Shown one piece after another: positions 8,713-18,412 of a stretch of DNA of 64,000 bases. The first letter of the stretch is position 1, and every line of letters starts with the position of its first letter. A program made the position numbers and the translations under genes. The notes beneath the pieces are model-generated. The model searched no databases. It worked only from the letters and a program-made list of their open reading frames with translations, and had not been told where the DNA came from. Origin of the DNA: an uncultured Actinomycetes bacterium (GTDB taxonomy: Bacteria; Actinomycetota; Thermoleophilia; RBG-16-64-13); assembly GCA_963706025.1 (NCBI GenBank), contig CAVPLM010000005.1, forward strand, positions 416,001-480,000. Reading direction: 5' to 3'.

Positions 8713-11133
8713 TCAGGCGCGCAATTGGGCGCCCAGAGTGCCGGCCACCTTTGCCAGCATGTGCTCGCGGATCTCCCCCACCTCGGCATCGCTCAAGGTG
8801 CGGTCCGCCGCCCGGAAGCTCAGGCGCAGAGCGAGGCTCTTCTTGCCAGGAGGGACCTGGGCTCCCTCGTATACGTCGAACACCGCCACATCCTCCAGCA
8901 ACTCCCCGGCAGCCTCCCTCAACTGGCCTATGACCTCTGCCGCCGGGATGTCGGCGTCGACGACCAGAGCGACGTCCTGCTCTACCACTGGATACGCGAT
9001 CAGGTCGCGAAACGCAGTTACCGCTCCTGAAACCTCCACAAGGTCCTGCAGACAGATCTCAGCGGCCACCACAGGTCCACGGAGATCATAGGCCTGAAGG
9101 ACCAGAGGGTGCACTTCACCGAGCCACCCCAGCACCTGTCCCTTCTCGTCCTTGATTACCGCGCTCTTGCCGGGATGGAGGAACCTTTCGTCGGCCACTC
9201 CATAGTCCAGCCGGCAGTGAAGCCCGGAGGCCACTCGGTCGACGAGCCCTTTGACCAGGTAGTAGTCCACGGTCGCACCCGAACGCAGCCACGACGGCTC
9301 CTCCCACTCACCGGTGACCAGCGCGCCCACCTGCGTCTTCTCCTGGGGAAGGACGTCTTCCCCCGGTGTGTATACCCGTCCGGTCTCGAAGACGCGCACC
9401 CGGTCCTCGCGCACGAAGACGTTCTTCCGCGCCGTCTCCAGGAGGCCCGGCAGCAGCATAGTGCGCATGAAGGCCTGATCGTTGCTCAGCGGATTCGTGA
9501 TCTGCACGGTCGTCCGGCGCGGGTCCCCGGGGTCCAGGCGCAACCTGTCCTGCCATTTGTCGTCAGCGAAACTGTAGTTGATCACCTGCGTCAGCCCGGC
9601 GCCGGCCAGGAGGTCCTCGACCCGGCGCCGGCCCGCCTGCTGCCGGTCTAGACCACCCATGCCCTCGCGCCGGGCGGGTAGGGTCGACGGGATCTGGTCC
9701 AGCCCATGGATGCGGGCGATCTCTTCGATAAGATCGATCTCCCGCTCCAGGTCGCCCCGGAACGTCGGTACCGTCACCAAGATGTCTTCGCCGCATTCAC
9801 CCGCGTTGCAGCCCAGCCGAGCGAGGATAGCCGCGACCTCCGCGGTCGAGACAGCGGCGCCCAGGATGTCCTCCACGCGCGCCGGCCGCAGCTTGATAGC
9901 CTTCTCCGAGGGAAGAGGGACGCGTACGTCTATGGTGCCCACCGATACCTCTCCGCCGCAGATCTCGACCAACAGGCTGCAGGCCATGTCGAGGGCCAGC
10001 GGCACCATGTTGGGATCGAGGCCCTTCTCATACCGGGTGGACGCCTCGCTGCGCAGGCCCAGCGCGCCTGAGGTGCGCATGATGGACGGTCCCGCGAAGG
10101 TGGCGCCTTCCAGGAGGATGTCGGTGGTGCTTTCAGTGACTTCGCTGTCCAGTCCCCCCATGATGCCGGCGACGACTGACGCCCGCTCCGCATCGGCTAT
10201 GACGAGCATGTCGTCGGTTAGAACGCGATGCTCGTTGTCGAGGGTGGTGAGCTTCTCGCCTGGGTAGGCGCGGCGCACGATGATCCGTCCCCCGCGTATC
10301 GTGCGGAGATCGAAGGCGTGTAGCGGCTGCCCGAGTGTCCAGAGGACATAGTTGGTGATGTCGACGACGTTGCTCACGGGGCGCATGCCCGCGTGGCAGA
10401 TGCGGGCCTTCAGCCACAAGGGCGATTCCCCGATCCTCACGCCTCTGATGACCCGACCGGCGTAACGGGGGCACAGGTCGGGGTCGAGGACCTCGATGGC
10501 TATGTCCTCATGCACGGGTCGGCTGCCCCAGGAGTGCCGGAAGGCTATGTCTTCGGCGAAAGGCGCCTCGGTGATGGCGGCTATCTCGCGCGCCAAGCCT
10601 CGGACGGAAAGGCAGTCGGGGCGATTGGGAGTGACCTCCACCTCCAACACCCAATCGGTCAGAGCAAAGTGGTCCGCGAGCAGTTCGCCGGCCTCCCACG
10701 AGTCGGGAAGTACCATCGTCCCTGGGCTCTTCGCGGCCAGACCCAGCTCGGCCTCGGAAAGGATCATCCCAGCCGACTGCACCCCCCGCAGTTTGGCATC
10801 GCGGATGCGCGTGCCATCCGGCATCACTCCGCCGGGCAGGACCACGGCCACCGTCTGCCTCGCAGCCACGTTGGGAGCACCACAGACTATCGTCCGTGGG
10901 TCGTCTTCCCCCACGTCGACCGTGCACACCGACAGCTTGTCGGCGTCGGGATGCCTCCGGCAATCGAGCACTTTCCCCACCACGAAGCGCTCCAGGTTCT
11001 CCTGATCGCCGGGTACCCCTACCTGCGCCACCCGCTCCACTTCGGTACCGGTGAGGGCAAGGCGCGAAGCCAGCTCCTCCACATCCATCTCGATGGGTAC
11101 GTACTCTCGCAGCCAGGTAAGTGGGGCTTTCAT
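8713..11133 (-). CDS. pheT: phenylalanyl-tRNA synthetase beta subunit
   Basis: HPDADKL, IVCGAPNV, TPNRPDC, DLEREIDLIEE, FDVYEG...KKSLA anticodon-binding domain. Confidence 0.98.
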   Translation of the reverse strand: MKAPLTWLREYVPIEMDVEELASRLALTGTEVERVAQVGVPGDQENLERFVVGKVLDCRRHPDADKLSVCTVDVGEDDPRTIVCGAPNVAARQTVAVVLPGGVMPDGTRIRDAKLRGVQSAGMILSEAELGLAAKSPGTMVLPDSWEAGELLADHFALTDWVLEVEVTPNRPDCLSVRGLAREIAAITEAPFAEDIAFRHSWGSRPVHEDIAIEVLDPDLCPRYAGRVIRGVRIGESPLWLKARICHAGMRPVSNVVDITNYVLWTLGQPLHAFDLRTIRGGRIIVRRAYPGEKLTTLDNEHRVLTDDMLVIADAERASVVAGIMGGLDSEVTESTTDILLEGATFAGPSIMRTSGALGLRSEASTRYEKGLDPNMVPLALDMACSLLVEICGGEVSVGTIDVRVPLPSEKAIKLRPARVEDILGAAVSTAEVAAILARLGCNAGECGEDILVTVPTFRGDLEREIDLIEEIARIHGLDQIPSTLPARREGMGGLDRQQAGRRRVEDLLAGAGLTQVINYSFADDKWQDRLRLDPGDPRRTTVQITNPLSNDQAFMRTMLLPGLLETARKNVFVREDRVRVFETGRVYTPGEDVLPQEKTQVGALVTGEWEEPSWLRSGATVDYYLVKGLVDRVASGLHCRLDYGVADERFLHPGKSAVIKDEKGQVLGWLGEVHPLVLQAYDLRGPVVAAEICLQDLVEVSGAVTAFRDLIAYPVVEQDVALVVDADIPAAEVIGQLREAAGELLEDVAVFDVYEGAQVPPGKKSLALRLSFRAADRTLSDAEVGEIREHMLAKVAGTLGAQLRA

Positions 11134-11144
11134 ATGGTCTCCGG

Positions 11145-12233
11145 TCAGAACTGGCGCAGGAAGCGCAGGTCGTTCTCAAAGAACAGTCGGAGGTCATTCA
11201 CCCCGTGCTTGAGCATGGCGATACGCTCGATCCCCAGGCCGAAGGCAAAGCCGGAATAGACCTCGGGATCGTAATCCACGAAGCCGAACACGTTCGGGTC
11301 CACCATGCCGGCGCCCAGGATCTCCAGCCAACCGCTCTTCTTGCATAGGCGACAACCGGCTCCGTCGCACATCATGCAGGACACGTCCACCTCCACGGAA
11401 GGTTCGGTGAAGGGGAAGAAGTGCGGCCTCAGACGCACCTTGCGGTCCGCACCAAAAACAGCCTTGGCGAACGTCTCCAGGGTGCCCTTGAGATCGGCGA
11501 GTGTGATGTCCTCGCCGACCACCAAGCCCTCGACCTGGTGGAACATGGGTGTGTGAGTGGCGTCGGAGTCCCTGCGGTACGTTTTGCCGGGGACGATTAT
11601 GTGGAGGGGAGGGCGTCGCTTTTCCATCGCGCGCACCTGCATCGGTGAGGTGTGAGTGCGCAGAACCACCTGATCGCTGATGAAGAACGTGTCGTGAAGC
11701 GACCGGGCCGGATGATCGGCAGGGGTGTTCAGAGCTTCGAAGTTGTAGTACTCGGTCTCGATCTCCGGTCCGTCGACGATCTCGTAGCCCATCCCGACAA
11801 AAATGTCTTCGATCTCTCGCTGGGTCTGGGTGACCAGATGAAGGCTTCCAAGAGGAGAACGCCACCCGGGCAGGCTGATATCGACCCGCTCCTTCTCGAG
11901 TCCGAGCACCAGTTGCTCGGCCTCTAGTTCTTGCCGGCGCACTTCGACGGCAGCCTCCAACTCCTTGCGGATGAGGTTTCCCACCTTCCCCACCTCGGGC
12001 CGTTCTTCCACGGGGAGCTCGGGGATGGTGCGCAGAAGGAGCACCAGGTCGGCCTTTCGGCCCAGGAAACGCACGCGAACGGCTTCCAGAGCGACCAGGT
12101 CCCCAGCCGCGGCGATCGCGGCCATGCCCTGAGTGTAGATACTCCTCAGGTCGTCCCTGGAGATCTGCTCGAGAATGCCGTCCTTGCCCGTGATAGCTCC
12201 TCCTTCCGAGCGTTCAATCCTAGCGGAACGCAC
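11145..12233 (-). CDS. pheS: phenylalanyl-tRNA synthetase alpha subunit (start uncertain)
   Basis: HPARS.HDTF, LRTHTSPMQ, FPFTEPS, GFAFGLGIER. Confidence 0.97.
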   Translation of the reverse strand: MRSARIERSEGGAITGKDGILEQISRDDLRSIYTQGMAAIAAAGDLVALEAVRVRFLGRKADLVLLLRTIPELPVEERPEVGKVGNLIRKELEAAVEVRRQELEAEQLVLGLEKERVDISLPGWRSPLGSLHLVTQTQREIEDIFVGMGYEIVDGPEIETEYYNFEALNTPADHPARSLHDTFFISDQVVLRTHTSPMQVRAMEKRRPPLHIIVPGKTYRRDSDATHTPMFHQVEGLVVGEDITLADLKGTLETFAKAVFGADRKVRLRPHFFPFTEPSVEVDVSCMMCDGAGCRLCKKSGWLEILGAGMVDPNVFGFVDYDPEVYSGFAFGLGIERIAMLKHGVNDLRLFFENDLRFLRQF

Positions 12234-12257
12234 CGTCGTTTGCCACCAGCGCCCCCA

Positions 12258-13095
12258 TCAAGGGTATTTCCGTCCAGCCGTGTGCCTGCTGAGCTCATAC
12301 AGCAGAACGGTGCCGGCCATGGCCACGTTCAGCGAGTCGAACCCGCCCTGAGGGATGGTGACGCGTCGCTCATGCGCCCAATCCGCGCCTGGTCCCGCTC
12401 GCTCCGCGCCCAAGACCACGATGGCGCCCGAATCCAGGCTCAGACTACGCACATCCTCCCCCGCGTGAGGATCCGCCACCAGCACCACCGGTCCGCCCTC
12501 CTCCGTGCGGGGCGACCGTCCCAGCTTCTCCCGGAGATCGCCCGGCGTCACATCGGTCACGATGGGGACAGTGAACTGAGCTCCCATACCCCCTCGCAGG
12601 GCTTTGGGTCCGTAGGGATCGGCCGTCCCCGGCGAGCATATGACCCCGGTCGCTCCGAAGGCCGCACAACTCCGCACCAGGGTGCCTACGTTCCCGGGAT
12701 CGCCTACCCCGGCGAGAAACAGCGTCAATCCGCTGGGCCAGCTCGAGATCGCCAAGGCTCCAGGCGGGTTCCGAGGACGTGAAGATGACGTCCGCCGAGC
12801 CGCCGAGGGAGCTGGCGTAGGCCAGGGTCTCCTCATCGCACACCCCGATGTGCACTCCGACGGCGTCCGAAGGCTCGCTTCGAGCGGCCCGCTCCATAAG
12901 GCTTGGGGGAAGGTCGGGAAGCAGATCGCGGCGTACCAGGATGTCGCGCAGGTCGGCCCCCGCGTCCACGGCGGCGCGCAGCAGGTCGAGGCCCTCTCCT
13001 ACGAGCAGACCCCGGTCGCGCCGCTGCTTCTTCTGCTGCAGCTTGCGCGCCAGCTTGACGCTGTGATTCTGCCGCCCGACAATGTCGCGGATCAC
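12258..13095 (-). CDS. TrmH/SpoU-family RNA methyltransferase, one frameshift near 12735 (probable sequencing error)
   Basis: N-part in ORF 12445-13095 (R..GLLVGEG), C-part in ORF 12258-12836 (DPGNVGTLVRS, LGAERAG, DSLNVAMAG); extra C in GCCC. Confidence 0.88.
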
Positions 13096-13132
13096 GTTGT
13101 GTTCTCCGCTCTTCTGGGCAGCGCGAACGAGT

Positions 13133-13495
13133 CTAGCCCGCGCTGAGGGCCTCTTTGGCCCGGGCGGCTATCTGCGCGAACACTTCAGGTTCGCGGACTG
13201 CCAGATCGGCCAGCATCTTGCGGTCGACATCGATCTGAGCCTCTTTGAGCCCGTGGATCAGCTGGTTGTAGCTGAGACCGTTCTCCCTGGCCCCGGCGTT
13301 GATGCGGGTGATCCACAGACGCCGGAACTCGCGTTTCCGCGCCCGGCGGTCGCGGTAGGCATAGGTGCCGGACTTGATGAGCTGTTCCTTCGCCCGCCGG
13401 TAAGAGGACTTCTTGAGCCCCCAGTAACCTTTGGCCTCGTCCAACACCTTGCGGCGCTTCTTGTGCGCGTGGATGCTCCTCTTGACTCTGGGCAT
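13133..13495 (-). CDS. rplT: 50S ribosomal protein L20
   Basis: MPRVKR...AKGYWG...[23 protein letters not shown]. Confidence 0.99.
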   Translation of the reverse strand: MPRVKRSIHAHKKRRKVLDEAKGYWGLKKSSYRRAKEQLIKSGTYAYRDRRARKREFRRLWITRINAGARENGLSYNQLIHGLKEAQIDVDRKMLADLAVREPEVFAQIAARAKEALSAG

Positions 13496-13507
13496 GGCGA
13501 TGACCTC

Positions 13508-13712
13508 CTAGCGGCCCAGAAGACCGCGCAGCCGGCTGGTGTCTTGGGCGTCTATCTCGACGGCCTTGCGTAGCCTGCGCTTCTTGTTGGCTGACTTCTT
13601 GGTGAGCAAGTGGCTGCCGAACGCGCGTCTGCCGCATGAGCTTACCCTTGGCGCTCACCCGAATGCGCTTCTTAGCGCCTTTGTGTGTCTTGTTCTTCGA
13701 GTTCTTGGACAT
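13508..13712 (-). CDS. rpmI: 50S ribosomal protein L35, +1 frameshift (probable sequencing error)
   Basis: KTHKGAKKR...GKLMR then, in the shifted frame, AFGSHLLTKKSANKKRRLRK; span 205 nt = 3n+1; lies between infC and rplT. Confidence 0.93.
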
Positions 13713-13807
13713 CTGTTTTCCCTTCGTGCATACACGGACGAACCCGGAGCACCGCAGAAGCGCGGGCATCGAGCCCGAAGAGACACCCGTCCGGAGTGGC
13801 CCTCGGC

Positions 13808-14320
13808 CTAACTCCGCTTCGGCGCCAGCATCATGACCATGTTCCTGCCGTCCAGATTGGGTTCGGACTCCACTTCGCCGATCTCGGCCAGATCATCGGC
13901 CATGCGACGCAGCAGCCTCTCCCCCAGATGGGGATGGACCAACTCCCTGCCCCGGAACATGATGGTGAGCTTGACTTTGTCTCCCTTTCTGAGGAAGCGC
14001 TCGACATGACCTTTCTTGGTGTCGAAGTCGTGGTCGTCGATCTTGGGCCGCAGCTTGATCTCCTTGATGCTGATCGTCGTCTGCCGCTTGCGCGCTTCCT
14101 TGGCCTTCTGTTCCTGCTCGTACCTGTACTTGCCGTAATCCATCACCTTGCAGACCGGCGGGCTGGCCATTGGCGCCACCTCCACCAGATCGAGATTGAG
14201 TTTGTCGGCGTAACTGAGCGCCTCAGGCACTCCCACGATGCCGACCTGCTCGCCGTCCGGCCCGATCAGGCGGACCGCGTCTGCGCGGATCTTCTCGTTG
14301 ATGCGAACGATATCGGCTAT
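13808..14320 (-). CDS. infC: translation initiation factor IF-3, probable non-canonical ATA start
   Basis: [45 protein letters not shown]; SD GGAGGTG 9 nt before ATA. Confidence 0.97.
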   Translation of the reverse strand: MADIVRINEKIRADAVRLIGPDGEQVGIVGVPEALSYADKLNLDLVEVAPMASPPVCKVMDYGKYRYEQEQKAKEARKRQTTISIKEIKLRPKIDDHDFDTKKGHVERFLRKGDKVKLTIMFRGRELVHPHLGERLLRRMADDLAEIGEVESEPNLDGRNMVMMLAPKRS

Positions 14321-14372
14321 GTTGCCCTGCACCTCCCCCGGCGCTACCGGTTAGGAACCTTCATTACCACGC

Positions 14373-14492
14373 AAAAAAGCGGTGCAACCACCGCTTCCCA
14401 ATGCAGCCGCCCGGCCAAGCCGGACAGCTCTCTCTATGGTTCGACCTCCGCGCCATCCAGGCACGAGGTGGGAAGGGTGGCTTCCTCTTTAT
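14373..14492 (-). ncRNA. ribosomal protein L20 leader-like cis-regulatory RNA with attenuator terminator
   Basis: GGAAGCCACCCTTCCCACCTC...GAGGT resembles the L20 leader core; followed by hairpin AAGCGGTG-GTTG-CACCGCTT and a U-tract; upstream of infC-rpmI-rplT; TATACT -10 at 14503-14508. Confidence 0.75.
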
Positions 14493-14579
14493 GCAAACCG
14501 GCAGTATAGACCAAGAAGTCACCGGGCTCAAGGACACCGATCAAGAGCAACGCGGGCTGTGGGACTCACAGGCAGGCGA

Positions 14580-16494
14580 TCAGGGGCAGGGCGCCACTGT
14601 TGGCGGGCTGGAATGCTCGGCGATGGTGGCTGCGGCCTCGGACAGCCCGAGTGGTCGGGTGTCCTTGCTGCCTCGGGTGCGCAGCGTGACCGAGCGCTGC
14701 TCTACCTCACGATCGCCCACGACCAGCATGAACGGCACCTTCGCGACCTCGCCGTCGCGGATCTTCTTCGAGACCGACTCGGGTCGCACGTCGACCTCCG
14801 CCCGCAGACCGGCGCACCTGAGCGCGCCCTGTACCTCGGCCGCGTACCCGGCATGACGGTCGGCGACGGGCACGATGACGACCTGCACCGGCGCCAGCCA
14901 TGCGGGCAAAGCTCCCCCGTAGTGCTCGAGGAGGATGCGCAAGGAAGCGCTCGATGCTCCCGAGCACCGTGCGGTGGATCATCACCGGACGATGGCGCTG
15001 GTTGTCTTCGCCCACGTAATCGAGGTCGAGGCGCTCGGGCATGGCGAAATCCAACTGACAGGTGGCGCACTGCCACGTCCTCCCCATCACGTCTTCGATG
15101 TGGAAGTCGATCTTGGGACCATAGAAGGCGCCGTCGCCCGGATTGAGGGTGTAGGGCAGTTCCGCCCGCTCCAAGGCGGCCGCCAGGGCGCGCTCCGCGG
15201 TCTCCCACATGGCGTCGCTGCCGATCGACTTCTCCGGGCGGGTGGACAGTTCCACATGCACGCGGTCGAAACCGAAGGTCCGGTACATGCGGAGCACCAG
15301 CTCGATGACCGCCAAGACCTCGTCTTCCACCTGCTCGGGCAGGCAGTAGATGTGGGCGTCATCTTGGGTGAAGAGCCGTACCCGGAAAAGGCCTTGGAGC
15401 ACTCCGGACATCTCGTGCCGGTGGACCAGACCGAGCTCCGCCATGCGCAGCGGGAAGTCGCGGTAGGAGTGCTGCTCGCTCTTGTAGATCAGGGTGCCCC
15501 CAGGGCAGTTCATGGGCTTCACGGCGAAATCGACCCCGTCGATGCTCGTGAAGTACATATTGTCTTTGTAGTTATCCCAGTGGCCCGAGCGCTCCCATAG
15601 GGTCCGCTCCAGCATGATCGGGGTCTTGGTCTCTTCGTAACCCGCGGCGATGTGCTCCCGCCGCCAGTAGTCGAGCAGGGCGTTGATCACGCGCATGCCC
15701 TTGGGATGGAAGAAGGGGAACCCTGGGCCTTCGTCGTGGAAGCTGAACAGGCCCAGCTCGCGGCCCAGCCGGCGATGGTCGCGCTGCCTGGCCATCTCCA
15801 GGCGCTCCAGGTACTCGTCCAGCTCTTTCTTCGTTGGGAAAGCGGTTCCGTATATGCGGGTGAGCATGGTGTTTTCGCTCTTCCCCCGCCAGTAGGCCCC
15901 GGCCACCGACAGCAGTCCGACCGCCCCGATGCGGCCGCTATCCGGGACGTGCGGACCCCGGCAGAGGTCAAGGAACTCACCCTGCCGGTAAACGCTTATG
16001 GTGGCCCCGTCGGGAAGGTCGCGGATGAGCTCCAGCTTGTAGGGCTCGTCTGCAAAAACCGCGAGGGCCTCCGCCTTGCTCACCTCACGCCGTTCGAACG
16101 GCAGATGCATGGCCAGCAGACCCTGGATCTCTTCCAGTATCCGTGGCAGGTCATCCTCCCCCACCGGTTGGGGGAACTCGAAATCGTAGTAGAAGCCATC
16201 CTTGATCGCCGGGCCGATGGCGACTTTGGTGCCGGGATAGAGCCGTGTGGCCGCTTCGGCAAGGAGGTGCGCTGCCGAATGACGGATGACGTCAAGTCCG
16301 TCAGGAGACGAAGCGGTGATGATCTCCACTCGATCTCCCTCGGCCAGAGGCGCGCTGAGATCCAGCACCCGGTCCCCTACCCTGGCGGCGACCGCGGCCT
16401 TGGCCAAACGCGGACCGATGGTCTCTGCTACCTCAGCGGCAGTCGCACCGTCGGAGACGACGAGGTCCGATCCGTCCGGAAGCGCAACCCTCAT
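14580..16494 (-). CDS. thrS: threonyl-tRNA synthetase, +1 frameshift near 14940 (probable sequencing error)
   Basis: TGS domain, RHSAAH, DLCRGPH, RDHRRLG, KPMNCP, GAFYGPKID, GSIERF then, shifted, ILLEHYGGALPAWLAP. Confidence 0.96.
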
Positions 16495-16536
16495 GAATCC
16501 TCGCACGCAAGAAGTGGTAGGCCGGCAACGAGACAG

Positions 16537-16608
16537 TGGGCGCTGTAGGATTTGAACCTACGGCCTCTTCCGCGTCAAGGAAGCGCTCTCCCCCTGAGCT
16601 AAGCGCCC
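16537..16608 (-). tRNA. tRNA-Val(GAC)
   Basis: GGGCGCTTAGCTCAG...CTTCC-TTGACGC-GGAAG...GGTTCAAATCC...AGCGCCCA cloverleaf; own promoter TTGCCA-17-TATCAT at 16621-16649. Confidence 0.96.
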
Positions 16609-16805
16609 ATCAGGGCGGTCATGATACAGCCGCCCTCTGCGGGTGGCAAGGCCGCCCTGGCCAAGACCAACCGAGTTAGTAGTATGCGTGCACCCTGATG
16701 CCAACGGTCATGAAGAGCACCTGGCTGGCTCCGATCGACCTCGGAGTTCTGCCTCCGGACAATCGGTCAGAGAGTAGCATCCGGGCGTAGCAGGGAATCG
16801 TTGAT

Positions 16806-16832
16806 GTTTCGGCGTGGAGCCTTGTCGGGTAG
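16806..16832 (+). promoter_or_regulatory. candidate SigF/SigB-type stress promoter
   Basis: GTTT-N17-GGGTAG about 75 nt upstream of the DUF6325 gene; same architecture upstream of sod. Confidence 0.45.
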
Positions 16833-16907
16833 ACTCTCCTCGTCATGCACAGCAGGATCAACCCCCTACAGAGGTGGGAAGGCCTGGCCAAAGCGAGGGA
16901 GGCGATT

Positions 16908-17336
16908 ATGTCGTTGGGGCCTGTGGAGTACATCGTCATCGGGTTTCCGGGAAACAAGTTCAAAGGAGACATCCTTCCGGCCCTGGGAGATCTGGTCTCC
17001 AACGGTACTATCCGTGTCATGGATCTGGCCTTCGTCTCGAAAGACGCTGACGGTTCGGTGCTCGCCTTCGAGCTTGAGGATCTGGCCAACGAGGAGGCCG
17101 AAGCGTTTGCGTTTGAGAAAGCCGTGGGCGATGTGTTGTGTGAAGAAGACCTCATGGCCTTTGCCGACGAACTCAAACCCAATACTTCGGCTGCGGTGCT
17201 GGTATGGGAGAACCTCTGGGCCCGGCGCTTCCAGGAGACCCTCCTTGAAGCTGATGGCATCCTCGTCGACTACGCGCGCATACCTCATGAAGTGGTTCAG
17301 GCGGCTATCGGCGAGGCGAAGGCGTTCAAAGACTGA
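16908..17336 (+). CDS. DUF6325/DUF1269-like protein
   Basis: MSLGPVEYIVIGFPGNKF.G.I...IRVMDLAFV.KD.DG...AAVLVWEN.WA; SD GGAGG. Confidence 0.8.
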   Translation: MSLGPVEYIVIGFPGNKFKGDILPALGDLVSNGTIRVMDLAFVSKDADGSVLAFELEDLANEEAEAFAFEKAVGDVLCEEDLMAFADELKPNTSAAVLVWENLWARRFQETLLEADGILVDYARIPHEVVQAAIGEAKAFKD

Positions 17337-17368
17337 GCTGATCACAGACGGAAGGGAGAACAAGCATT

Positions 17369-17728
17369 ATGCGAAGGAGACGAGGCGGACTGGTTAGAGT
17401 GGCGGCTACGACCGCCGTGGTGGCAGGAACGGTTGGGGCGGTAAGTGGCCATCAGCAGAAGAAGGCCGCCGGTAAGCAGCAGGCGGCCGCCGATCAGCAG
17501 GAATTGGCCGCCTATCAGGCGCAGGAGCAACAGGCCGCAATGGAAGCTGCCGCCGCCCAGGCTGCAGCTGCAGCCGTGGCGCAGCAGCAGGCTGCCGCCC
17601 CCGTAGCTCCCGCGGCCGCACCGGTCGACACTGCAGCCGAACTCCAGAAGCTGGCCCAGCTACAGCAGCAGGGCATCCTGACGCCAGAGGAGTTCGCGGC
17701 CGCCAAGGCTAAGTTGCTAGGGATCTAG
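17369..17728 (+). CDS. SHOCT domain protein
   Basis: C-terminal ELQKLAQL.QQGILTPEEFAAAKAKLL; N-terminal TAVVAGT..AVSG. Confidence 0.88.
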   Translation: MRRRRGGLVRVAATTAVVAGTVGAVSGHQQKKAAGKQQAAADQQELAAYQAQEQQAAMEAAAAQAAAAAVAQQQAAAPVAPAAAPVDTAAELQKLAQLQQQGILTPEEFAAAKAKLLGI

Positions 17729-17815
17729 CTCTCGGCCGGCGACACTTGGCCGGCCAGAGGTCTGGAATACGGAGCCAGGCGGGGACGGCAATCTCGTAAC
17801 AGGAGGGACTAGAGT

Positions 17816-18175
17816 ATGGGTTTTCAGATTGAGACGGGCACCCTGGGCTTCCTGGGTTTCTTCTTTCTGCTCCTGATCTGGATCGCGCTGTTCCTGACCT
17901 GGGCCTTCACGATCTGGGATATCTTCCGTCGACACGATCTCGGCGGAGGGGCCAAAGCAGGCTGGTTTCTGCTCGTCATCATCCTGCCGCTGGTGGGCAC
18001 AGTGATCTATCTCATCGCCCGGCCCAAGCCGGAGCCTGAAGAGGCGCACTGGGCTCCGCGCGTGGAGGGATCTTCGCCCAGTCCCGCCCAGGAGTTGGAG
18101 ACACTTGCCAAGCTGAAGGAGTCGGGGCACATCACCCAGACGGAGTACGAGGCCCAGAAAGCCAAGCTTCTCTGA
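17816..18175 (+). CDS. PLDc N-terminal-like two-TM membrane protein with SHOCT domain
   Basis: DIFRRHDL.G.AKA.W...ILPLVG.VIYLIARP; C-terminal ELETLAKLKESG.IT..EYEAQKAKLL. Confidence 0.85.
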   Translation: MGFQIETGTLGFLGFFFLLLIWIALFLTWAFTIWDIFRRHDLGGGAKAGWFLLVIILPLVGTVIYLIARPKPEPEEAHWAPRVEGSSPSPAQELETLAKLKESGHITQTEYEAQKAKLL

Positions 18176-18206
18176 GCCAAGCCGCACGCATAGCTGGCGC
18201 CGTAGT

Positions 18207-18244
18207 CTGGGGCGCACCTCTTGGAGGTGCGCCCCAGTTGTTTT
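18207..18244 (+). terminator. rho-independent terminator
   Basis: CTGGGGCGCACCTC-TTG-GAGGTGCGCCCCAG 14-bp stem followed by TTGTTTT. Confidence 0.85.
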
Positions 18245-18245
18245 G

Positions 18246-18345
18246 GTACGCGTGGCATGAGCGACAGCTTGGGGGTGAGAGTCCCCTGGAGGAGGAGGTG
18301 ATGCCAACCTTTAGCCGAAGGCAAGGCGTCGCCGTGAGGCGGGCT
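18246..18345 (+). mobile_element. group II (class C-like) intron 5' remnant, no RT ORF
   Basis: GTACGCGTGGCATGAGCG...GGGGGTGAGAGTCCCC...GCCAACCTTTAGCCGAAGGCAAGGCGTCGCCGTGAGGCGG resembles the start of group IIC domain I; begins 1 nt after the terminator U-tract. Confidence 0.7.
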
Positions 18346-18412
18346 TCCCAAGCGACGACCGACCCGAGGATTCCGAGGACCCGGCGGGTGGACGTCGAAT
18401 GTCGACAGGAGT

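Noticed and set aside
13508-16494. Programmed frameshifting or pseudogenisation of rpmI and thrS
   Set aside because: No slippery heptamer or shared signal, the genes are housekeeping, and the same indel pattern occurs throughout the window.
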